IMG/VR virus record: IMGVR_UViG_3300009008_000010
Coordinates: 32,001 to 96,000 of that record
DNA from: a virus
Strand: one strand, 5' to 3'
Length of the DNA: 64,000 bases
Below, piece after piece: positions 58,988-64,000 of this stretch. Positions within the stretch are counted from its first letter, which is position 1. The number at the start of each line of letters is the position of its first letter. Made by a program: the position numbers and the translations under genes. A model generated the notes under the pieces. It saw only the letters and a program-made list of their open reading frames with translations, was not told the DNA's origin and searched no databases.

Positions 58988-59284
58988 GTGCCTAGAAGGC
59001 GAAGACGCAGACTACATTTGGACTCGGAATTGAAGAAATTCCAGATCGAAAACCTTGCCAAGTTTGGCGGTTTTTCCTATCGGTTTATCGCAAGTATCGT
59101 TTTTGCGAAACCAATCGGTAGAGTGACGAAAAACGAAATCTCTTCCGTTGCGAGTTATTGTAGTCGTAACGGGATCAGATTGAGCGATTGGAGAAATGGT
59201 CGAAATCCAACGGCTATATCCCACGCGGAGAAGGTTTCACGTCCCAAGAGTCGAGACAGACGGCGATTGCGGATTGCGGCTTGA
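58988..59284 (+). CDS. basic HTH-like protein
   Basis: GAGGAGG RBS before GTG; FSYRFIASIV. Confidence 0.5.
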   Translation: MPRRRRRRLHLDSELKKFQIENLAKFGGFSYRFIASIVFAKPIGRVTKNEISSVASYCSRNGIRLSDWRNGRNPTAISHAEKVSRPKSRDRRRLRIAA

Positions 59285-59386
59285 CGTTTGGCGTTCCTTG
59301 CTTTCGGGTTCCCCTTTTGGGAAGCAGCCCGCCCCAAGAAAAGAAAAAATTGGGGTGGGCTGTCTTTACCTTTGAGGAGAAAATAT

Positions 59387-60061
59387 ATGGATCGTCGTGC
59401 GTTCAACAATTTGCTCATTGAGACCCCTTTAGTAGATGATGCCTTCCAGGGCTTATCAGGCTTGTATGGTGGCGGGATCAGGAAAATCATTGAAGAAGGC
59501 GTCTTGAAACTGGGGTTGCAGTGGAGTGAAGAAGACATTGAAGAGCTAGAAGGTGAAGCCAAGCAGGGTATCTTAGAGAAAACCCAGCAATTAAAGCATG
59601 ACTTTGAATTTGGTGGAGTCTCCGAAGGTGATCTCAATGTTAAAGCTGGGCAAGCCATAGAAAATGTTCAAACAATGCTGGTTAGGTTCCTTTTGGGGTG
59701 GAAAGACACCCAACTAGGATACATGCAGTATTTGGAAAACACGGGTTCACCTGTTGGTCGTCGTCGCAAGGAAGATAAATTAAGAAGAAAGGCTGATGGT
59801 GGTGTAAGAGATCGCCACTTGGTTACGCAAAAGCACTTGCAACGAATACAGGGATTGTTAAAAAAGGCTCCTAAGCCTGTTGGACGAGAACGTGACTACG
59901 ATGACGACTATTACGACGATGACTTTGACCGGGCAGAAGAAGAACGACGTTGGGCAGAAGAGGCAGAAGAGGACTACCGGATGGCTTATGCTGCCGCCGA
60001 AGAACGTTTTTCAGGTCGTTTTGAAAGTCTTTTTGATTTTTTGAGAATCCCACGCAGATGA
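59387..60061 (+). CDS. hypothetical protein
   Basis: GAGGAG RBS; start MDRRAF. Confidence 0.6.
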   Translation: MDRRAFNNLLIETPLVDDAFQGLSGLYGGGIRKIIEEGVLKLGLQWSEEDIEELEGEAKQGILEKTQQLKHDFEFGGVSEGDLNVKAGQAIENVQTMLVRFLLGWKDTQLGYMQYLENTGSPVGRRRKEDKLRRKADGGVRDRHLVTQKHLQRIQGLLKKAPKPVGRERDYDDDYYDDDFDRAEEERRWAEEAEEDYRMAYAAAEERFSGRFESLFDFLRIPRR

Positions 60062-60063
60062 GC

Positions 60064-60091
60064 TTGACGATGCCCGATGCTGTGCTATAAT
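60064..60091 (+). promoter_or_regulatory. sigma-70-type promoter for the RNA array
   Basis: TTGACG-N16-TATAAT with extended TG. Confidence 0.7.
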
Positions 60092-60160
60092 GTCGTTATC
60101 ACAAGTGGAAAAAAACAAAGTTAAAAAAATTCAGCAACTTACTATATAAGGGATACATGA

Positions 60161-60234
60161 AGCGGGATGGAGCAGTCCGGTAGCTCGCAAGGCTCATAAC
60201 CTTGAGGCCGTAGGTTCAAATCCTACTCCCGCCA
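60161..60234 (+). tRNA. tRNA-Met(CAT), initiator-like
   Basis: Cloverleaf; CTCATAA loop; 1:72 mismatch (A:C). Confidence 0.88.
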
Positions 60235-60237
60235 CTT

Positions 60238-60308
60238 ACCAGGAATGCCTGCGGAACTACATTGGATTATGAAAACCAACCCCCAGTTTCGTGAAAATTT
60301 GTCCTGGT
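60238..60308 (+). ncRNA. Y-RNA-like structured RNA, copy 1
   Basis: ACCAGGAATGC...TACATT...TTTGTCCTGGT with paired ends. Confidence 0.5.
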
Positions 60309-60325
60309 ATTTTTTTCGACACACA

Positions 60326-60419
60326 TGGCAGGTAGCTCAAAGCAGAGCGTTATTAAATCAGTGAAATTTCGGTTTTACAGATTTAATGAAGATGGTAGCT
60401 TCGCAACTACCCCTGCCAC
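60326..60419 (+). ncRNA. tRNA-like RNA with anticodon arm replaced by a long hairpin
   Basis: Acceptor TGGCAGG/CCTGCCA, D arm GCTC/GAGC, T stem GGTAG/CTACC. Confidence 0.55.
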
Positions 60420-60479
60420 TTTACAAAGGCTTAGCCGCCTTTGTGAATCGCCCCCTCACTTTGAGGGGGCGGGGGATTT

Positions 60480-60576
60480 GGTCGGGTAGCTCAGAGGTAG
60501 AGCGCTATCAAGCTGAAACTTACGCAAGTTCGTTCCAGGTTTTTAGAGGTCGATAGCTCGAAACTATCCCCGGCCA
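60480..60576 (+). ncRNA. tRNA-like RNA with extended anticodon arm
   Basis: GGTCGGG/CCCGGCC, D arm GCTC-AGAGGTA-GAGC, T arm GATAG-CTCGAAA-CTATC. Confidence 0.55.
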
Positions 60577-60999
60577 CTTGGGAGGTAAGTCACTCATAGG
60601 GATGCAGAGCAACCCTTATTGGGACGCAAAGCGACCCGCCGAGTGGCTTGCCACCCAACTGATTTTGGAGAAGATCAGAAAACGATAAAATTGGAGTTTG
60701 CGAGACACGGAAAAACCGCCGCCCAACTTTGGGGAATTTTTTTCCGAATTTTGCGAACCAAAAAACGAGAAGGTTACTCTATATAGTAGAGTCGAAACAA
60801 ACGAAGGTGAATACAATGTTGGTTTCTCTGGTAACAAAACGATACTGGCAAGACGGGATTACCTGTCCGTGCGGTATTTGTGCGCCCAAACAGGGTGAAC
60901 AAAAGACCGAAACAGGACATGATAATCCAATGTCCGTATCCTGAACCAGAGTGACAAGCGCGGTTCAGGGTTAGCCTGAGCCGGTATTAGGATAAGATC

Positions 61000-61041
61000 A
61001 AAAGCCCGCTCAGGCACACTGGATGCCGAGCGGGCTTTTTT
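61000..61041 (+). terminator. strong rho-independent terminator/attenuator
   Basis: AAAAGCCCGCTCAGGCA...TGCCGAGCGGGCTTTTTT. Confidence 0.75.
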
Positions 61042-61116
61042 CATTGGAGAAAATAATATGAGACTGAGAACAAGGGCTGGTTTCCGTTAAGGCTTCAACC
61101 TTAACGGAGATCAGAA

Positions 61117-61491
61117 ATGGCACATAAAGCACACTTTTTGCGTCGTCCGAAGACAACGCAAGAGCGGAGAGCTAACGGAAAAAGAACAGAACAGCGCGAC
61201 CTAGAATATAAAATTCGCGCTAAACGTAGCGGAGCTAACCTAGTTGATGCATGGGATGATATTTGCACCAGCGTCAGCACGGGTTGGAAAGCACAAACTA
61301 AAAGAAAAAAACAATACAAGGTAATTAACTTTGAGAACCAAACAGGTAATCGTGATCCGAAAGGATCTGAAGATGAGGCGGGGGAAAGAGATTGCACAGG
61401 GCAGTCACGCCTCGATGGCCTTTCTAACCAGAAGGTTAAAAAGACCATCATCCTGGTTCCGATTATTCTGGTTGTTGTTATCGACGGTTGA
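61117..61491 (+). CDS. basic hypothetical phage protein (3' part overlaps pth2)
   Basis: GGAG RBS; RRPKTTQERR...WDD....WK..TKRKKQY. Confidence 0.5.
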   Translation: MAHKAHFLRRPKTTQERRANGKRTEQRDLEYKIRAKRSGANLVDAWDDICTSVSTGWKAQTKRKKQYKVINFENQTGNRDPKGSEDEAGERDCTGQSRLDGLSNQKVKKTIILVPIILVVVIDG

Positions 61492-61720
61492 AATTAAATG
61501 GCTCAGCGATTCGTTCGCAAAAGTCGTTTGCCGTGTGGATAGCCTCGATGAATTAAAAGAAATTGAGGCGCAGGCAAAAGAGGCGAACCTGGAAGTTCAT
61601 TTAATTGTCGATAGTGGACGAACGGAGTTCAACGGGGTGCCGACGCCAACGTGTTTGGCAATCGGTCCTGATGAAGCAGATAAAATTGACGAAATAACTG
61701 GGGGGTTAAAACTGTATTGA
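61331..61720 (+). CDS. pth2: peptidyl-tRNA hydrolase, Pth2 family
   Basis: KQVIVIRKDLKMRRGKEIAQGSHAS, KVVCRV, DSGRTEF, TCLAIGP, ITGGLKLY. Confidence 0.93.
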   Translation: MRTKQVIVIRKDLKMRRGKEIAQGSHASMAFLTRRLKRPSSWFRLFWLLLSTVEIKWLSDSFAKVVCRVDSLDELKEIEAQAKEANLEVHLIVDSGRTEFNGVPTPTCLAIGPDEADKIDEITGGLKLY

Positions 61721-61746
61721 GTCGATTAATTTCGGCTCAATGCTGA

Positions 61747-61820
61747 CCGGCGGTAACTCAGTGGTTTAGAGTGCCTGTCCGATGAACAGGTGGCCGAAGG
61801 TTCGAGTCCTTCTCGCCGGA
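61747..61820 (+). tRNA. tRNA-Ile(GAT), atypical (C33, G37)
   Basis: CCTGT-CCGATGA-ACAGG; TTCGAGT T loop. Confidence 0.7.
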
Positions 61821-61828
61821 CTTAATAT

Positions 61829-61914
61829 GACGACGTGGCCGAGTGGCTGAAGGCAACAGTCTGCAAAACTGTCGAGCGTATTGCTCCGCGTGGGTTCAAA
61901 TCCCACCGTCGTCT
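61829..61914 (+). tRNA. tRNA-Cys(GCA) with long variable arm
   Basis: ACAGT-CTGCAAA-ACTGT; U73. Confidence 0.82.
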
Positions 61915-61935
61915 CTGATGTTTGATAATTTAAAT

Positions 61936-62008
61936 GGCCCGGTGTGATATTGGTCTTACAGCAAGACTTTCAATCTTGCCGATGCGGGTTCGATTCCCGT
62001 CCGGGTCA
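61936..62008 (+). tRNA. tRNA-Glu(TTC)
   Basis: CAAGA-CTTTCAA-TCTTG. Confidence 0.8.
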
Positions 62009-62010
62009 CT

Positions 62011-62099
62011 GTGTACGAGGCAGATACGGTTTGCTGCGCCTGGTTGTGGCCCAGGAGGTCGATACAAAGACCATGCGGGTTCGAGTCCCGTCGTACACC
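62011..62099 (+). tRNA. tRNA-His(GTG) with long variable arm
   Basis: CCTGG-TTGTGGC-CCAGG; C73. Confidence 0.8.
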
Positions 62100-62108
62100 C
62101 TTTAATAT

Positions 62109-62182
62109 CGGGGAGTAGCTCAGCTTGATAGAGCGCCTGGTTTGGGACCAGGAGGCCGCAGGTTTAAATCCTGTTTCCCCGA
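62109..62182 (+). tRNA. tRNA-Pro(TGG)
   Basis: CCTGG-TTTGGGA-CCAGG. Confidence 0.88.
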
Positions 62183-62189
62183 CTTGTGA

Positions 62190-62263
62190 GGGCATATAGC
62201 TCAGTTGGTTAGAGCGCATCGCTGATAACGATGAGGTCCGTGGTTCGACTCCACGTATGCCCA
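62190..62263 (+). tRNA. tRNA-Ile(GAT)
   Basis: Canonical cloverleaf; CTGATAA loop. Confidence 0.92.
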
Positions 62264-62278
62264 CCTGAAGGAAATGAA

Positions 62279-62443
62279 ATGACAAGAGAAGAATTAATTA
62301 CATATTTAAAGGAGAACCTTAAAATTGTGGTCAGCGAAACTGGCTCTGACTCATATGGTTATGGTGGTCAGTACGTTGATGTTTCACTGATGTTGGAAGG
62401 TGAAGTAATTTCTTCAGATTCATTTTCAGTGGAAAAAGATTAA
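62279..62443 (+). CDS. small hypothetical protein
   Basis: AAGGA RBS; MTREELITYLKENL. Confidence 0.55.
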   Translation: MTREELITYLKENLKIVVSETGSDSYGYGGQYVDVSLMLEGEVISSDSFSVEKD

Positions 62444-62446
62444 AAT

Positions 62447-62517
62447 AGGTCCGTGATGAAACGGTATCATGTCGGTCTCCAAAACCGATCTTCGGGGTTC
62501 AAATCCCTGCGGGCCTG
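62447..62517 (+). tRNA. tRNA-Trp(CCA)
   Basis: TCGGT-CTCCAAA-ACCGA; G73. Confidence 0.88.
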
Positions 62518-62525
62518 CTTGTTTT

Positions 62526-62599
62526 GCGGCAATAGTGTAGTGGCTTCTGCACGTCACGTTGCCAACGTGAAAGTCGGGTTTCGATTACCCGTTGCCGCA
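62526..62599 (+). tRNA. tRNA-Gly(GCC)
   Basis: TCACG-TTGCCAA-CGTGA; atypical A73. Confidence 0.82.
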
Positions 62600-62671
62600 C
62601 TGGTTATGAGCCTCGTATGGACTGCGTTTAATTTTTAACTATTGGAAATAGGAGGACAAATATGAGATAAT

Positions 62672-62742
62672 GCAGGTGTCGTATAATGGTATTACCTCAG
62701 CCTTCCAAGCTGATGACGGGGGTTCGATTCCCCCTACCTGCT
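62672..62742 (+). tRNA. tRNA-Gly(TCC)
   Basis: TCAGC-CTTCCAA-GCTGA; U73. Confidence 0.9.
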
Positions 62743-62744
62743 CT

Positions 62745-62824
62745 TAGGCGAATGCTAGATGGGATTACATTTTTTGACTCTCAATCAAAAGCGATGAAAC
62801 GATCTCATTGATTTTTGTCGCCTA
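62745..62824 (+). ncRNA. Y-RNA-like structured RNA, copy 2
   Basis: TAGGCGAATGC...TACATT...TTTGTCGCCTA. Confidence 0.55.
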
Positions 62825-62827
62825 TAT

Positions 62828-62900
62828 GCTACCGAAGCCAAATGGCGAGGCGCTGGTTTTGTAAACCAGAAATAGATGGGTTCGATTCCCTCCGGTAGCT
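62828..62900 (+). tRNA. tRNA-Thr(TGT)
   Basis: CTGGT-TTTGTAA-ACCAG. Confidence 0.85.
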
Positions 62901-62915
62901 CTTGGAGAAAATAAA

Positions 62916-63110
62916 ATGACAATTTTTCGTAGCAAAAAGGACGGACATTTATACAAAATCACTCACGAAAGGCCACCGAAATACACCGGAAGCTGGTATA
63001 ATGCTCACCCATTGTTTCCAGATCAGGGTAAATTTCAAAAGAGTATACGTGTGGTGAGTTATGGCAGCGATCCGGTATTTAAGGATTTCGTGGCTATAGC
63101 AACGAGATAA
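62916..63110 (+). CDS. small hypothetical protein
   Basis: GGAG RBS. Confidence 0.55.
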   Translation: MTIFRSKKDGHLYKITHERPPKYTGSWYNAHPLFPDQGKFQKSIRVVSYGSDPVFKDFVAIATR

Positions 63111-63216
63111 TGGGAGCAACCGCTTAGTGGTGCGACGTGTATTCGCATCCAAGTTGGCGGTGGCAGAGGAAGACAAGTTGGTTGGGTTGTCGCCTCAATT
63201 TTTAAGGAAATCAAAG

Positions 63217-63470
63217 TGACGAATGCAGAAGTTTTAGGTTTGCGGATCAAACGATTCATGGCGATTGGGAAAGAGATTGCGGATTTAACAAAAGAGAGCA
63301 AAAAATTAAGGAAGGAGATTGCAGGATTAACTGAGGAATTGGGGTTTACGGTGACTTCAGAAGAGCCAGTTGAATTTTTGGTTGGCAACACTCATGTGTC
63401 AGTCAAAAGGGCAAAAATGGAAAATGATTTCACGATAATTCCAAGAGAATTAAAACAAACGGTGCATTAG
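63217..63470 (+). CDS. small coiled-coil hypothetical protein
   Basis: AAGGA RBS with GTG start; stop lies inside tRNA-Asp. Confidence 0.55.
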
Positions 63471-63536
63471 TGTAGCGGCTCTGCACGCTTGCCTGTCGAG
63501 CAAGAAGAATTGCGGGTTCGACCCCCGTATGCACCG
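63461..63536 (+). tRNA. tRNA-Asp(GTC)
   Basis: CTTGC-CTGTCGA-GCAAG; G73. Confidence 0.85.
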
Positions 63537-63537
63537 C

Positions 63538-63632
63538 TTGGACGAATGCAAATGGGTTTACATTGGATAATTTCGTTCGACTCGAAAAGCGGGCCTAGCC
63601 CGTTTATGAAACTCATAATTTTTGTCGTCCAA
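63538..63632 (+). ncRNA. Y-RNA-like structured RNA, copy 3
   Basis: TTGGACGAATGC...TACATT...TTTGTCGTCCAA; internal TTCG-TTCGACT-CGAA T-arm-like hairpin. Confidence 0.6.
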
Positions 63633-63638
63633 ATTTAA

Positions 63639-63726
63639 TGTAGGGTACGCTAACGGTAAGCGGACTGCCTGTTAAGCAGTTGTATTCCCTTAAATGGGTA
63701 TGGAGGTTCAAATCCTCTCCCTACAG
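63639..63726 (+). tRNA. tRNA-Asn(GTT) with long variable arm
   Basis: ACTGC-CTGTTAA-GCAGT; G73. Confidence 0.82.
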
Positions 63727-63785
63727 CTTGAAAAAATACTTCCAATACACTATATAACAGTATAAGTTATTTAAGTGTTGGAGGT

Positions 63786-64000
63786 ATGATGACAACAACA
63801 AACTCAGAATGTGTTAGACGTTGGAGGGAAAAAACTAAATGTAGGTTGGTTGAAGGTTTTGGCGGTAAGTGTAACAAATGTGGTTATAATCGCTGTTATG
63901 CTGCTCTTGATTTTCACCACATAGATGAAACGCAAAAGAATTTTGGTATTTCGGAGGCATTGGCAAAGCCTAAACGATGGGCAATACTTGTTGAAGAAGC
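63786..64000 (+). CDS. HNH endonuclease (3' truncated by window)
   Basis: Translates to ...FGGKCNKCGYNRCYAALDFHHID...KNFGIS. Confidence 0.8.
   Translation, partial: MMTTTNSECVRRWREKTKCRLVEGFGGKCNKCGYNRCYAALDFHHIDETQKNFGISEALAKPKRWAILVEE

Noticed and set aside
61934-62638. ORFs 61934-62128, 61956-62285(-) and 62453-62638
   Set aside because: They overlap clear tRNA genes and are spurious.
63112-63200. Possible additional ncRNA with several short hairpins
   Set aside because: No tRNA or Y-RNA-like motif and no second copy; not enough support.
1-64000. Alternative genetic code (stop-codon reassignment)
   Set aside because: Known genes are full length in code 11, TAA/TAG/TGA all end genes, and no suppressor tRNA is seen in this window.

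Overview
A 64-kb segment of a large (jumbo-type) lytic bacteriophage genome, gene-dense and mostly on the + strand, with no rRNA or housekeeping operons. The host is probably a planctomycete, inferred from the CsrA, IF-1 and IF-3 sequences. It encodes a SpoVR C-terminus, ClpP, a DnaE polymerase split into two intein-free genes about 9.6 kb apart, many glycosyl- and sulfotransferases, and translation factors (IF-1, IF-3, bS21, Def, Pth2, CsrA). It also carries a tmRNA, a tRNA array, GroES, DnaJ, PhoH, dCMP deaminase, a sigma factor, a DNA adenine methylase and three HNH endonucleases. The most striking items are: (1) a complete phage-encoded ubiquitin-like conjugation operon (E2, E2, JAB, E1, Ubl ending -GQKG) at 46.8-51.7 kb; (2) about nine unrelated proteins sharing a T4 internal-protein-like N-terminal capsid-targeting motif; (3) three Y-RNA-like and two anticodon-less tRNA-like RNAs inside the tRNA array; (4) RBS-sequestering hairpins with an ACTATATAA motif in the loop upstream of the HNH genes. 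All calls come from reading motifs by eye; no database search was run.
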